Shown here piece after piece: positions 1 to 10,112 of a stretch of DNA of 64,000 bases (the first letter of the stretch is position 1; each line of letters opens with the position of its first letter). Position numbers and translations under genes: made by a program. The notes beneath the pieces were generated by a model that searched no databases, was not told where the DNA came from, and worked only from the letters and a program-made list of their open reading frames with translations. This DNA is from Hyphomicrobiaceae bacterium UBA7697. Lineage in GTDB: Bacteria > Pseudomonadota > Alphaproteobacteria > Rhizobiales > Methyloligellaceae. The stretch is from positions 25,015 through 89,014 of the forward strand of contig DLGJ01000015.1 in assembly GCA_002482645.1 (NCBI GenBank). Reading direction: 5' to 3'.

Positions 1-867
1 CGTCACCTTGGCTTCGTCCCGGGCATAAGCAATCCCACTGACGACATTTTGCTCCACGATTTCATCCTCATGGCAAACAAGTGTACCGATCCCCTCTCCG
101 GTGTCGGGGTCGCCGGGCAAGTCCGGCGGATCGAAGCTGGACCGCACCAGAACCGGTACGCCCCATTGCATGGCGAGTTCGACCGAGCGGGTCTGCAGGA
201 CCTTGGCCCCTTGAGACGCCATTTCTAGCATCTCTTCATAGGAAATGCGGTCGAGGCGGTGGGCCTTCGCCACCACGCGCGGGTCTGTCGTGTAGACCCC
301 GTCCACATCGGTGTAGATATCGCAACGATCCGCCTGAAGCGCCGCGGCAAGGGCGACGGCACTCGTGTCCGACCCGCCCCGGCCGAGCGTCGCGATGCGG
401 TTGTTCGGCGCGATCCCTTGGAAGCCGGCGCAAACCGCGACCTCCCCGCCCAGCATCGCCGCCTTGATCTCGTCGACCTCGATCCCGGTAATCCGGGCTT
501 TCTGATGCGCCGCGTCCGTACGGAGGGGAATCTGCCAGCCCTGCCACGAGCGAGCGCTGAGGCCCATGGATTGGAGCACCAAGGCGAGAAGCCCCGACGT
601 CACCTGCTCGCCCGACGAGACGACGGCGTCGTACTCGCGGCAGTCGTAAAGCGCGGAGGCTTCGTCTCCGGATTCGGTGCGCGTCTTGAAGCCCCAGGCC
701 TCCTCGACCCAAGCAACGAGCTGATTGGTCTGTCCTGCCATTGCCGAGACGACCACGGCGCACGCGTGTCCGGCGTCGGCCTCGCGTTTCACATGCGCGG
801 CCACGTTGCGTATCCGGTCGAGATCGGCCACCGACGTGCCGCCAAATTTCAACACAAGCAAAGACAT
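1..867 (-). CDS. lysC: Aspartate kinase (N-terminal part; runs off window edge)
   Basis: Manual translation of the minus strand from ATG 867 gives MSLLVLKFGGTSVADLDRIRNVAAHVK...VVVSAMAGQT, the KFGGTSV aspartokinase signature. Not in the ORF track because the stop is outside the window. Confidence 0.95.
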   Translation of the reverse strand, partial: MSLLVLKFGGTSVADLDRIRNVAAHVKREADAGHACAVVVSAMAGQTNQLVAWVEEAWGFKTRTESGDEASALYDCREYDAVVSSGEQVTSGLLALVLQSMGLSARSWQGWQIPLRTDAAHQKARITGIEVDEIKAAMLGGEVAVCAGFQGIAPNNRIATLGRGGSDTSAVALAAALQADRCDIYTDVDGVYTTDPRVVAKAHRLDRISYEEMLEMASQGAKVLQTRSVELAMQWGVPVLVRSSFDPPDLPGDPDTGEGIGTLVCHEDEIVEQNVVSGIAYARDEAKVT

Positions 868-1019
868 GCCTTCTCACAAGAAGAGGGCCGGCACGCATGT
901 CGCGCCGGCCGGAAATTCCGGCTCTTTCTACTGAAGAGGACCGGACGCCGCAACAAGGCTCTCCGCCTCGAATCGCGTGCAGCCTTGACAGAGACCCGCG
1001 CCCGCCCGCCAATGCGCCC

Positions 1020-1796
1020 ATGATGGCGTCCCGGATCACACCTTCGACCCTCGACGACGGGGAGGTCGCCAGATTCGCGCAGCTCGCCGATGAGTGGTGG
1101 GACGAAAAAGGGCCGTTCCGCCCGCTGCACCAGATCAATCCCGTACGGCTGACTTATATTCGCGACCGGCTTTGCGGCCACTTTGGGCGGGACGCGAACG
1201 ACCCGCCTTGCCTCGAAGGCCTCAAGGTGCTCGACATCGGCTGCGGCGGCGGTTTGGTGGCCGAACCCTTGAGCCGTCTCGGCGCCGAGGTGACGGGGAT
1301 CGACCCGGCCGCGGAAACCATCGCGGCGGCAAAGGCCCATGCGGAGGGCGCGGGCCTGGCGGTCGACTACGCGGCCGTGACCGCGGAAACCATGGTGGAC
1401 GATGGGCGCCGCTTCGACGCCGTTCTGCTGCTCGAAGTGGTCGAACACGTGCCGGATGTGCCCGCCTTTCTCAAACGGCTCGCGCCGCTCGTGGCCGATG
1501 GCGGCGTCATGATCCTTTCGACGCTGAACCGCACGCTCAAGGCCTATGCCCTTGCCATCGTCGGAGCCGAATATGTGCTGCGCTGGGTTCCGGCCGGCAC
1601 CCATCAATGGGACCGGTTCGTGACGCCCGAGGAATTGCAGTCGTCCTTGAGAGGCGCCGGCTTCGAACGAACCGACCTCACCGGCATGGTCTACGACCCT
1701 CTAGCGGACCGCTGGAGCCTATCGCGCGACACCGGCGTGAACTACTTCATGACGGCGATCAGACCCCAGCCCGAAGGACCCCGCCGTATCGCGTAG
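1020..1796 (+). CDS. ubiG: Bifunctional 2-polyprenyl-6-hydroxyphenol methylase / 3-demethylubiquinol 3-O-methyltransferase
   Basis: STLDDGEVARFAQLADEWWDEKGPFRPLHQINPVR; SAM motif VLDIGCGGG; LEVVEHVPD. Confidence 0.95.
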   Translation: MMASRITPSTLDDGEVARFAQLADEWWDEKGPFRPLHQINPVRLTYIRDRLCGHFGRDANDPPCLEGLKVLDIGCGGGLVAEPLSRLGAEVTGIDPAAETIAAAKAHAEGAGLAVDYAAVTAETMVDDGRRFDAVLLLEVVEHVPDVPAFLKRLAPLVADGGVMILSTLNRTLKAYALAIVGAEYVLRWVPAGTHQWDRFVTPEELQSSLRGAGFERTDLTGMVYDPLADRWSLSRDTGVNYFMTAIRPQPEGPRRIA

Positions 1797-1832
1797 GCGG
1801 CGCCTTTCCGGCCATGACCCCGACGGCCGCCC

Positions 1833-2798
1833 CTAGTAACCCGGAGCGCGGAACCAATTGCCACGCCGCTGCTGGCCGCGCCGGTACTGGCGTGGCGGTG
1901 AATCGTAATAGGGCTGCTGGAAGATGCGCCGGCGCTTGCGCTGCACCCGGGGATCGATCTCGTTATAGCCGTAGCGCTGATAGTTGCGGTTGTAGTAGCC
2001 CTGGTAATTCGGCCGGCGATAGTCCTGGTACGGATCGTAACGGCGCTCCGGCTGGGCGACCTTGTAGTCTCCGCCGGGCGTGGAGCCCGTCAAGACAACT
2101 TCCGTCCGCTTCAACCCCTTATCCTTCACGAGATTGAAGAACGTCTCCGCGTTCTTCGGCGACAGGCGCACACAACCGTGCGACGCGGGCGTGCCCAGCT
2201 TCTTGGTCTCGTTGGTGGCGTGGATCGCGTGCCCCTTCTTCGTGAAAAACACCGCATGCGGCATGGGTGCGTTGTCCCACTGCTTGCTGTACCAGATCTT
2301 GTTCATGGAACTCGCGGTGAAGTCGCCCGACGGCGTCGCATAGCCGGGCATGCCGGTAGACACCGGCCACCGGTATTTCTCGGCACCGTCCACGAAGACG
2401 GTCATCTCTTGCGTGGTCTTGTCGATCGTCGCGACGACGATCGGCGACTGAGGTTCGACCACCTCCGCGGCATCGTCGCTCTTCAGCATTTCTATTTCGG
2501 AATCGTCTTCGCTCGCGCTCGGGACATCCTCCGGATCCGGCCGCGACGCGCTTTTCACCGGCTTTTCAGCCGCTTCGGGCGCGTTCGCGGAGTCGCTCGA
2601 TGCCGCATCGCCGCCGGGATAGACGGGCTGCGGCTGCGCGTCGAGGCCCTTCGGAAGACTGAGATCCAAGTCAGGCGAGGTCGCGTGGACACCGGTCTCG
2701 GCGCTCGCGGGCGACGCAAGCAAAAGCACAGCCAGCCCGGCAGCCGTGAGCGGCAAGCCCAGAATCCGCGGGTGTTGCTGAAATTTTCGGCGCATCAT
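1833..2798 (-). CDS. L,D-transpeptidase family (YkuD) protein with signal peptide
   Basis: Signal peptide; WPVSTG..ATPSG..MPHAVFF..GHAIH..GTPASHGCVRL catalytic motif. Confidence 0.9.
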   Translation of the reverse strand: MMRRKFQQHPRILGLPLTAAGLAVLLLASPASAETGVHATSPDLDLSLPKGLDAQPQPVYPGGDAASSDSANAPEAAEKPVKSASRPDPEDVPSASEDDSEIEMLKSDDAAEVVEPQSPIVVATIDKTTQEMTVFVDGAEKYRWPVSTGMPGYATPSGDFTASSMNKIWYSKQWDNAPMPHAVFFTKKGHAIHATNETKKLGTPASHGCVRLSPKNAETFFNLVKDKGLKRTEVVLTGSTPGGDYKVAQPERRYDPYQDYRRPNYQGYYNRNYQRYGYNEIDPRVQRKRRRIFQQPYYDSPPRQYRRGQQRRGNWFRAPGY

Positions 2799-2958
2799 TC
2801 GTTCCCCGGTTATGCGCGATCCAACCGTCCGGCAGTCTCTAACTTACAGAGCCAAGCCGGCATTTCCACGGCACTTCGCGAAATCGTGTCCAGATATACG
2901 CGAGACACCCAAACAAGAGGTTACCCGCGCGGCCACAAAGCCGAAGCCCACCAATAGG

Positions 2959-3408
2959 TTAGTTGTGGTCGCCCGGTAGCTTTGGCAAGGGGAGCGCCGG
3001 AATTCCCTCGTCGTGCAGCGCCTTGGCCTCATCCACGGTCGCCTCGCCGTAAATGTTGCGCTCCTCGGTTTCGCCATAGTGCATTTTCCGCGCTTCTTCG
3101 GCGAATTTGTCCCCCACATCGTCGGCATTGGACTTCAGATGCTCGCGCAGACCCTTCAGGAAGGCATAGGTCTGCCCCGTGCCCATGGCAGCGCCGTGAG
3201 GCGGCGGATCGGACGGAACGTCGCGCGCGACCGGCGTCTTCCGCCCACGGAGCACGGCGGGCGCCATGGGCACCTTGCTCACCTCGGCGCTGCCGCATTC
3301 GGGGCAGCGGATCGCTTCTGCCTCGGACTGTTCGTCGAAGGAATCGCCGGACGAGAACCACGCATCGAATTCATGCCCCTCGCCGCATTTGAGCGCAAAC
3401 CGAATCAT
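2959..3408 (-). CDS. DUF1178 family protein
   Basis: MIRFALKCGEGHEFDAWFSS..CPECGS..VGDKFAEEARKMHYGE; start overlaps the nitrilase stop. Confidence 0.88.
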   Translation of the reverse strand: MIRFALKCGEGHEFDAWFSSGDSFDEQSEAEAIRCPECGSAEVSKVPMAPAVLRGRKTPVARDVPSDPPPHGAAMGTGQTYAFLKGLREHLKSNADDVGDKFAEEARKMHYGETEERNIYGEATVDEAKALHDEGIPALPLPKLPGDHN

Positions 3409-4292
3409 GATGCTTGCCTCATCGTCGCGCCGGAGGCTTCCACAATCTCGATTTCGAAGTCGCGCCCATGCTTGAGCGCGGGGATCCGCGTGCGCGCGTC
3501 GTCCACCCGGGCAAGATCGATCTCGGCAAAGACGGCGCAAGGATCCTCGCCCGCTTCCGCCAGGATCTCGCCCCAGGGAGACACGATCATCGAGTGGCCG
3601 AAGGTCGAGCGTCCGTTTTCATGCAGGCCGCCTTGCGCCGCCGCGAAGACATACGAGCCCGTCTCGATCGCACGCGCCCGGACAAGGGTGTGCCAATGCG
3701 CCGCGCCGGTCTGTTTGGTGAAGGCGGCAGGAATGGCAATCATGTTGGCGCCGGCCTGGGCCAAAGCCCGGTAGAGCGCCGGAAACCGCAAGTCGTAGCA
3801 GATCGTCATGCCGAGCCGTGCCTGTACGCCGCCAATGGCCAAAGCCGCGACGACCGCCTTGCTGCCGGGATTGTAGTAGTCAGACTCCCGGTACGATTCG
3901 CCGCCCGGCAGATCGACGTCGAACAGATGCAGCTTGTCGTAACGGGCCGCGACCGCACCGTTCGGATCGATCAGATAGGAGCGGTTCGCGATCCGCTTGC
4001 CGTCCAATTCGATGCCGAGGGACCCGAGATGCAGCCAAACGCCGAGCTCGCCGGCAAGCGCCCGGAACAGCGCCAGCGGCGCGCTCTCGGACTCCGGTCG
4101 AATCTGCTTGAGCACACGCTCGGGCTCCAGCTCCATCAACGCGGTGTTTTCCGGCGTTTGAATATATCGCGCGCCGCCCCTCGCCGCCTCGCGGATAAGG
4201 GCCTCCGCCTTGGGCAGATTGTCCGCAATGGATCGTCCGGCGCGCAGTTGCACGAGCGCGGCGCGAAACCGTCTGGCGTTGTCGGAGCTCAT
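3405..4292 (-). CDS. Carbon-nitrogen hydrolase (Nit1-like nitrilase family)
   Basis: TPEN (Glu), YDKLHLFDV (Lys), ICYDLRFP (Cys) catalytic triad. Confidence 0.92.
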   Translation of the reverse strand: MSSDNARRFRAALVQLRAGRSIADNLPKAEALIREAARGGARYIQTPENTALMELEPERVLKQIRPESESAPLALFRALAGELGVWLHLGSLGIELDGKRIANRSYLIDPNGAVAARYDKLHLFDVDLPGGESYRESDYYNPGSKAVVAALAIGGVQARLGMTICYDLRFPALYRALAQAGANMIAIPAAFTKQTGAAHWHTLVRARAIETGSYVFAAAQGGLHENGRSTFGHSMIVSPWGEILAEAGEDPCAVFAEIDLARVDDARTRIPALKHGRDFEIEIVEASGATMRQAS

Positions 4293-4344
4293 TTTGGCGC
4301 TCTCGTCTCAAATGGCGATCCGTCGAAACATTCCAGGCCGACGG

Positions 4345-4360
4345 TTACCGCGGTGTTAAC
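4345..4360. promoter_or_regulatory. CtrA-like box upstream of nitrilase
   Basis: TTAC-N7-TTAAC, one mismatch to TTAA-N7-TTAAC. Confidence 0.3.
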
Positions 4361-4384
4361 CCAAAACGCGGCGAACCGCTGTAC

Positions 4385-5248
4385 CTAGAATACCAAATCG
4401 GCGGGTTCAACGGCGCGCGCCAGCGCCAGCACGTCCACGCGGGCCGCGCCGGCACGCTTCAGGACGCGCGCGCAAGCCTCGACCGTGGCGCCCGTCGTGA
4501 TCACGTCGTCAACGACCAGAACGGACTTGCCGGCGATGATGTGCCGGCGCGGCGGCGCGACTTTGAACGCACCGGCGACATTGCGCTTGCGCTGGGCGGC
4601 GGAGAGACCGACCTGGCTCGCCGTCCGGCGGGTCCGTTGGAGTACGAAACAGTCCGCCCGGACCCCGGTCAGCGTCTCAAGCCCCTGCGCCAGCAAAGCC
4701 GACTGATTGAAGCGCCGGCCCAATAGCCGCGACCGGTAGAGCGGAACCGGAACGAGCAGGTCCGCGCCGGCCAGGAGCTCGGCGCCCGCGCGGGCCATCC
4801 ATCGTCCGAACAGGCGCAAGCCCTCCTGCCGGTCGCGATATTTGAAGCCTTGGACCAGATCGCGCATGGTCTGGGAATAGCGCGCCACGGCCCGCGCGCG
4901 GTCATAGACCGGCGGCGCGGCGATCGCCGCCGCCGACAAAGACGGCTCGCCCGTGTCGTAGGGCAGCGGCACGCCGAGGCGCGCACAAAGAGGAGGCGTG
5001 ATGAACTCGATGCCCGAGAAGCATGGGCCGCAGAGGAGGCCGTGGGAGCCGGCGGGGGCGCGGCAGACGATGCAGACAGGCGGCAGAACCAGATCGGTCG
5101 CCGCGCGCAGCGCGGTCCGCCAGACGGGTTCTCGAATCGCGCCTTCCCGCAGCGCGCCTTCCCGCAGCGCGCTTTCCGGAGTCGCGCCTTCCAGAGTCGC
5201 GCCGATGTCGCTCATCCCCATGGCACGCATCATAATGCGTTCCCGCAA
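4385..5248 (-). CDS. comF: ComF family phosphoribosyltransferase-like protein (true start probably downstream)
   Basis: DLVLPPVCIVC, Zn-finger CGPC, LVPVPL, VLVVDDVITTGAT PRPP motif. Confidence 0.9.
   Translation of the reverse strand: MRERIMMRAMGMSDIGATLEGATPESALREGALREGAIREPVWRTALRAATDLVLPPVCIVCRAPAGSHGLLCGPCFSGIEFITPPLCARLGVPLPYDTGEPSLSAAAIAAPPVYDRARAVARYSQTMRDLVQGFKYRDRQEGLRLFGRWMARAGAELLAGADLLVPVPLYRSRLLGRRFNQSALLAQGLETLTGVRADCFVLQRTRRTASQVGLSAAQRKRNVAGAFKVAPPRRHIIAGKSVLVVDDVITTGATVEACARVLKRAGAARVDVLALARAVEPADLVF
5138..5203. repeat. 15-bp tandem repeat, about 4 copies, in the comF 5' region
   Basis: cgcgccttcccgcag x2 identical plus two degenerate copies; encodes ALREGALREGAIRE. Confidence 0.85.
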
Positions 5249-5263
5249 TGCTGAGGAGACGTC

Positions 5264-6190
5264 ATGAGCGATACACCGCTACTCTTCGACCGGCGCCTCC
5301 TGCGGCAGCGGCGGGCCCGCTTCGCGGACGAGATCGCGGACCGCGAGGTTTTGATCGCCCATGTGGCGCGAGAGATCGCCGAACGCGTCGACATCATGCT
5401 CCGCCCCTTCCCGCGCGCGCTCGACCTCGGTGCCTATCGCGGCCGGCTCGGACAAGATATCGCCGCGCTCAAATCCGTGGGCGAGGTCTTCTACGCGGAA
5501 AGCGTCTACGCATATGCGGCGCGCTGCCCAGGGCCCGCCGTCGTGTGCGACGAGGATCTGATGCCTTTCGCGAACGGCGTATTCAATCTGGTGGTTTCGG
5601 GCCTCGCGCTTCATCGCGTCAACGACCTCCCCGGAAGCCTCATCCAAATCCGGCGCGCGCTGGCGCCGGACGGGTTGTTCATGGCCGCCGCGCTGGGGTC
5701 GAACGCGCTGAGCGAATTGCGGGAGTGTCTGCTCGAGGCCGAGGAGGAGATCGAGGGCGGCGCGTCTCCACGCGTCTCGCCCTTTGGCGACGTGCGCGCT
5801 TACGGCGCGCTGCTGCAACGCGCCGGGTTCGCGCTTCCGGTTACGGACGTCGAAGACGTCACGGTAATCTACCCGTCCCCGCGCGAACTGATGCGCGAAA
5901 TCAGGGCCCTCGGCGGCGGCAACGTTCTCACCGCACGGAGCAAAAAGCCCTTGTCGCGGCGCTCGCTGGCGCGCGCCGAAGAGCTTTACCGCACGCGCTA
6001 CGGCACGCCCGGCGGCAAAGTCACGGCAACGTTCCAGTTCGTTTTCATGAGCGGGTGGGCGCCGGACCCCAGCCAGCAGAAACCTTTGGCGCCGGGAAGC
6101 GCGCGCGCGCGTCTCGCCGATGCGCTCAACACCGAGGAACAATCGGGGGGCGCCAAGGCGTCCTTTCCGCATTCCAAATCGAAGACGTGA
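5264..6190 (+). CDS. SAM-dependent methyltransferase (BioC/NDUFAF5-like)
   Basis: LFDRRLLRQRR, ALDLGAYRG, NDLPGSLIQIRRALAPDGLF, GFALPVTD; conserved divergent partner of comF. Confidence 0.88.
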   Translation: MSDTPLLFDRRLLRQRRARFADEIADREVLIAHVAREIAERVDIMLRPFPRALDLGAYRGRLGQDIAALKSVGEVFYAESVYAYAARCPGPAVVCDEDLMPFANGVFNLVVSGLALHRVNDLPGSLIQIRRALAPDGLFMAAALGSNALSELRECLLEAEEEIEGGASPRVSPFGDVRAYGALLQRAGFALPVTDVEDVTVIYPSPRELMREIRALGGGNVLTARSKKPLSRRSLARAEELYRTRYGTPGGKVTATFQFVFMSGWAPDPSQQKPLAPGSARARLADALNTEEQSGGAKASFPHSKSKT

Positions 6191-6198
6191 AACAGGTC

Positions 6199-6420
6199 TT
6201 AGAGGCTGAACGCCTCGGCAAGCGTCGCCACGAGACCGCTGAAGCCAGATTGCACAGCCGACGACATAACCAGGATCGCACCGCCAATGATGGCGACGAT
6301 CAATCCATACTCGACGGATGTGACGCCGGATGCGTCCGAGGCGAACCGCCTCGGCGTGGCGGCCGGGCATGCCGGCCACTTGACCAAGAAACCGCGCCTA
6401 TCCGCGACCAAGCTTCTCAC
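6199..6420 (-). CDS. Flp family type IVb pilin (start uncertain)
   Basis: RRFASDASG-VTSVEYGLIVAIIGGAIL prepilin cleavage site and Flp motif. Confidence 0.8.
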   Translation of the reverse strand: MRSLVADRRGFLVKWPACPAATPRRFASDASGVTSVEYGLIVAIIGGAILVMSSAVQSGFSGLVATLAEAFSL

Positions 6421-6844
6421 GCAAACACCTCAGCAATCCAGGCAGCAGCTCCTGCAACGGCTCGTCGGCCGGCGGCATGGCAAAATCGATCAAAGCCGCC
6501 GGTTCGACCCAGGCAAGAATTTGCCCTTCTCGCGGGCTGACTCGTCCCTGCCAGCACCAACATCCGAATACGGGCATACAGAGATGAAAGTCGGGATAAG
6601 AATAACTTGAAAATGTTAGCGGTTTCAGATCGCCGGGGGCGATCGAGACGCCGAGCTCTTCGTCGATTTCCCGGACCAGACACAGCTCCGGCGTTTCTCC
6701 GTCTTCCAGCTTGCCTCCGGGAAACTCCCAGAGCCCGGCGAGCGGTTTCCCTTCCGGGCGTTGCGAAATGAGAACGCGCCCCTGTTCGTCGATCAAGGCG
6801 CAGGCGGCGACCAGGACGAGCGGCGTCTCCTCGCGGCCCGTCAC
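6398..6844 (-). CDS. mutT: NUDIX hydrolase, 8-oxo-dGTP diphosphatase
   Basis: GTG start overlapping the argJ stop; [27 protein letters not shown] Nudix box. Confidence 0.9.
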   Translation of the reverse strand: MTGREETPLVLVAACALIDEQGRVLISQRPEGKPLAGLWEFPGGKLEDGETPELCLVREIDEELGVSIAPGDLKPLTFSSYSYPDFHLCMPVFGCWCWQGRVSPREGQILAWVEPAALIDFAMPPADEPLQELLPGLLRCLREKLGRG

Positions 6845-8079
6845 GACCGGTAATCGGCGTTGATGGCGATGTACTCCTTGGTGAGATCGCAAGTCCACAT
6901 CGTGTCGGTTCCAGTGCCGACGCCGACATCGACCGTGATCGCGATTTCGGAGCGCTTCATATAGGCGGCGCCGTCGGCCTCCGTGTAACCGGAGGCCACT
7001 TCGCCGTCCTTCGCGACCTCGATATCGCCGAACCAAATGGCCAGCTTGTCCCGGTCGGCCGCTTCGCCCGCCTTGCCCACGGCCATGACGATGCGCCCCC
7101 AATTGGGATCTTCGCCCGCGAGCGCGGTCTTCACCAGCGGAGAGTTGCAGATTGCCTTGGCGATGGTCCGGGCCGCGGCCTTGGACTCGGCGCCCTTGAC
7201 CCTCACTTCGGCGAACTTGGTCAGGCCCTCCCCGTCCTTGACGATCTGTTGGGCCAGGTCGCGCATGAGATCGAACAGGGCGGCGCGGAACCCATCGAGG
7301 CGCGCATCGTCCCCCAACGCGATGCGCGGACAACCGCGCTTCTCGGCCGCGCCTGTCGCGAACAGAAGCACCGTATCGCTGGTCGACGTATCGCTATCGA
7401 TGGTGATGGCGTTGAAGCTGTCTTCGACCAAGGGGGACAGTACGGCCTGAAGGGCGGCCGGCTCGACCGGCGCGTCGGTGAACAGGAACGACAGCATGGT
7501 CGCCATGTCCGGCGCGATCATGCCGGCGCCTTTGGCGATGCCGTTGAGCGTAACGGTCACGCCGCCGATCTCGCAGGTCCGCGTCGCGAGCTTCGGAAAC
7601 GTATCCGTCGTCATGATCGCGCGCGCGGCCATTTCGTAGCTGTCGGCTTGCGCCCGCTCGCCGAGTCCGGCCAGGAAGCCGACGAACTTCGAAGGATCGA
7701 GCGGCTCGCCGATGACCCCGGTGGAGGCGACATAGACATCCGCCTCGAGGCAATCGGCGATGCGCGACGCGGCCCGCACCGTCTCGGTCACGGCCTCGCG
7801 CCCCCGCATGCCCGTGAAGGCGTTGGCATTGCCCGAATTGACGACCAGAGCCCTGGCCATGCCGTGCGACAAATGCTCCCGGCACCATTCGACCGCCGCC
7901 GATGCCGTCTTCGACGTCGTGAAGACGCCCGCCACCGCCGTGGACGGTTCGAACAGCGCAAGCAGAAGATCGGTGCGGCCGGCATAGCGGATTCCCGCTT
8001 CACATGCCGCGAGCCGCACACCGTCCACCGGCGGCAACACCGGCGGATGTGCCGGCGCGAACGGCGAGACCTTGCTCAT
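6841..8079 (-). CDS. argJ: Bifunctional glutamate N-acetyltransferase/amino-acid acetyltransferase
   Basis: [56 protein letters not shown]. Confidence 0.97.
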   Translation of the reverse strand: MSKVSPFAPAHPPVLPPVDGVRLAACEAGIRYAGRTDLLLALFEPSTAVAGVFTTSKTASAAVEWCREHLSHGMARALVVNSGNANAFTGMRGREAVTETVRAASRIADCLEADVYVASTGVIGEPLDPSKFVGFLAGLGERAQADSYEMAARAIMTTDTFPKLATRTCEIGGVTVTLNGIAKGAGMIAPDMATMLSFLFTDAPVEPAALQAVLSPLVEDSFNAITIDSDTSTSDTVLLFATGAAEKRGCPRIALGDDARLDGFRAALFDLMRDLAQQIVKDGEGLTKFAEVRVKGAESKAAARTIAKAICNSPLVKTALAGEDPNWGRIVMAVGKAGEAADRDKLAIWFGDIEVAKDGEVASGYTEADGAAYMKRSEIAITVDVGVGTGTDTMWTCDLTKEYIAINADYRS

Positions 8080-8096
8080 GGCGGCGGACCGATCCG

Positions 8097-8969
8097 CTAG
8101 TGGTCTTCGTCGAACTCTTCGTCGGGAAGAGGCGGAGCCTCCCCGCGCAGAGCGGCGTCGTCCATGGACCGTTTGATATCCGGGTCGAGGATCTCGATTT
8201 TGGCCTTCTCGCGAAGTCCGGTCACGACGGTCTGTGCCTTGCGGACCACGAGCTGGCCCATGATCGGCTCCTTGACGTCCTCGAAGGCCGGCAATTTCTG
8301 GTCGCGCTTGTCTTCGACCTCGATGATATGCCAGCCGAAGCTCGTCTTCACGGGATCGGAAACCTGCCCGACATCGAGCGCGAACGCCGCGTCCTCGAAC
8401 GGTTTCAGCATTTGGCCGCGGGTGAAGTAGCCGAGATCGCCGCCTTCGGCGTTCTTGTCCTTCGACTTCTCGGCGGCGAGCGCGGCGAAGTCGGCCCCTT
8501 TCGCCAGCTGTGCCTTGATGTCCTTGGCCTCATCCTCCGTCTCGACGAGAATGTGCCGTGCCTTGATCTCCTGCTCCGGTTTCAGCTTGGAGACGTTCTC
8601 CTCGTACACCTTTTTGGCTTCCGCCTCGTCGACGGCGCCGGTGACGTTCTTGTCGAAGAAGGCATCGCGCAGCGCGCGGCGGCGATGATAGGCCACCCGC
8701 TTGTCGAACGTGTCGGTCTTGTCCAGACTTTCCTCTTCGCCGGCGCCCGCCATCAGCTCGTTCTCGATCATGAACTGCAGCAAGACCCGTTTGCGGTCGT
8801 CGGGCCGGACAGCGCCAAGCCGCGGTCCGACTTCGGAGGCGGCGAAATCGAGATCGGATTGTCTAATCTCGGTCCCGTTGACGCGCGCCACGACGGCGTC
8901 CTCGGCAAAGGCAGACGGCGCGAGAGAAATCGACGCTGCGAGAAGCAGCAAGGCTGACCACAGTTTCAC
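8097..8969 (-). CDS. Parvulin-type peptidylprolyl isomerase (PpiC/PrsA-like)
   Basis: GTG start with GAGGA RBS; signal peptide; ARHILV, GGDLGYF, FEDAAF, FGWHII. Confidence 0.92.
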   Translation of the reverse strand: MKLWSALLLLAASISLAPSAFAEDAVVARVNGTEIRQSDLDFAASEVGPRLGAVRPDDRKRVLLQFMIENELMAGAGEEESLDKTDTFDKRVAYHRRRALRDAFFDKNVTGAVDEAEAKKVYEENVSKLKPEQEIKARHILVETEDEAKDIKAQLAKGADFAALAAEKSKDKNAEGGDLGYFTRGQMLKPFEDAAFALDVGQVSDPVKTSFGWHIIEVEDKRDQKLPAFEDVKEPIMGQLVVRKAQTVVTGLREKAKIEILDPDIKRSMDDAALRGEAPPLPDEEFDEDH

Positions 8970-9124
8970 TGGAATAATCCTCGTCTTCGGCGCGCCAGCC
9001 AATTCCTCGAACGGAAGGCGGCGCGGATTTGGGTGCTCCCCCGTGCGCCTTCATAACGTTGGCCTGTGGGCTTGCCAAGCGGGAGGATTTGACAACATTT
9101 ATATCCTTCAATATTTCTAGATGT

Positions 9125-9289
9125 ATGGATATAAATCAGGCCGTAACGGTGTTTGGCGTGCTGGCGCAGGAGTGCCGGCAGACGACGTCCCGGCCACGGG
9201 GCGAGGCCGGACGGTGTGGCGATGGAGCATTGCCGCCCGGCGCATCGTCCAGTTGCGGCCCGCGGATCGAATCGGTCCTCGCGACGTAG
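9125..9289 (+). pseudogene. Probable truncated and degenerate ArsR-family repressor remnant
   Basis: MDINQAVTVFGVLAQECR...GEAG resembles ArsR helix 1; stops after ~54 codons; directly upstream of arsC, with TTGACA at 9089 and an AT-rich operator-like stretch. Confidence 0.5.
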
Positions 9290-9316
9290 TGTTGAGATTG
9301 AAGGGAGGAAACCGAC

Positions 9317-9904
9317 ATGACGACCGCCGACCCAAAGTCCACGACGACCGGCAAGTCCACGACGACCGGCAAATCTGCAACGGCCAGCAAGGCCCCGCTA
9401 AACGTTCTTTTTCTTTGCACCGGCAACTCTGCCCGCTCGATCATGGCCGAGTGCATCATGAACCGCGAAGGCATGGGCAAATTCAAAGCCTACAGCGCCG
9501 GAAGCATGCCGGCGGGCCAGGTGAACCCGATTGCTCTCAATCTCCTGAAAAAGCTGAACTATGACGTGACGCATTTGCGATCCAAGTCCTGGGAGGAATT
9601 CGCCGCCCCGGATCCACCGGTCTTCGACTTCGTGTTTACGGTGTGTGACAATGCCGCAAGGGAGACTTGCCCCGTCTGGCCAGGGCAGCCCATGTCGGCC
9701 CATTGGGGCATGCCCGACCCGGCCGCCGCCGAAGGCAGCGACGCCGAGCGCGCCCTCGCCTTCGACGACGTCTACCGCATGCTGAACCAGCGCATTTCGA
9801 TCTTCATAAACCTCCCGTTCGAGAGTTTGAGCCGGCTCTCGCTTCAAGAACATCTGGACCGGATTGGCGCGCGGGGTGCCGCGGCTTCCAAGGAACCAGC
9901 CTAG
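9317..9904 (+). CDS. arsC: Arsenate reductase ArsC (LMW-PTP fold)
   Basis: NVLFLCTGNSARSIMAE P-loop; TVCDNAARETCPVWPG; HWGMPDPA. Confidence 0.92.
   Translation: MTTADPKSTTTGKSTTTGKSATASKAPLNVLFLCTGNSARSIMAECIMNREGMGKFKAYSAGSMPAGQVNPIALNLLKKLNYDVTHLRSKSWEEFAAPDPPVFDFVFTVCDNAARETCPVWPGQPMSAHWGMPDPAAAEGSDAERALAFDDVYRMLNQRISIFINLPFESLSRLSLQEHLDRIGARGAAASKEPA
9335..9388. repeat. 18-bp tandem duplication in the arsC 5' end
   Basis: aagtccacgacgaccggc x2 identical plus a third degenerate copy (KSTTTG repeats). Confidence 0.85.
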
Positions 9905-9933
9905 CGGCACGGGTCCCGGCCCGGCGCATCGCG

Positions 9934-9962
9934 TTGACAAGGCTCAGGCCGCCTCTTATGTC
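9934..9962 (+). promoter_or_regulatory. Putative sigma70 promoter of secA
   Basis: TTGACA-N17-TATGTC. Confidence 0.5.
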
Positions 9963-10112
9963 TCCGGCGTTGGTCCCCGGCTTTTTTCGCCGTTTCTCTG
10001 GGAGACGGGCGAATCCTCGCCGGAGGTCCCGCACTCCATCCGCCAAGGACCTCCAGGGCTTTCGCAAGAGCCCCGCGCGGCCCGGCTTACGCCATAAGAG
10101 GCTAACGGTTCG

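Noticed and set aside
81-1138. Long ORFs 81-467, 236-1138 and 259-1023
   Set aside because: Shadow frames of lysC, which was found by manual translation. Long antisense and alternate-frame ORFs are expected at this GC content, and the same applies to most other overlapping ORFs in the track.
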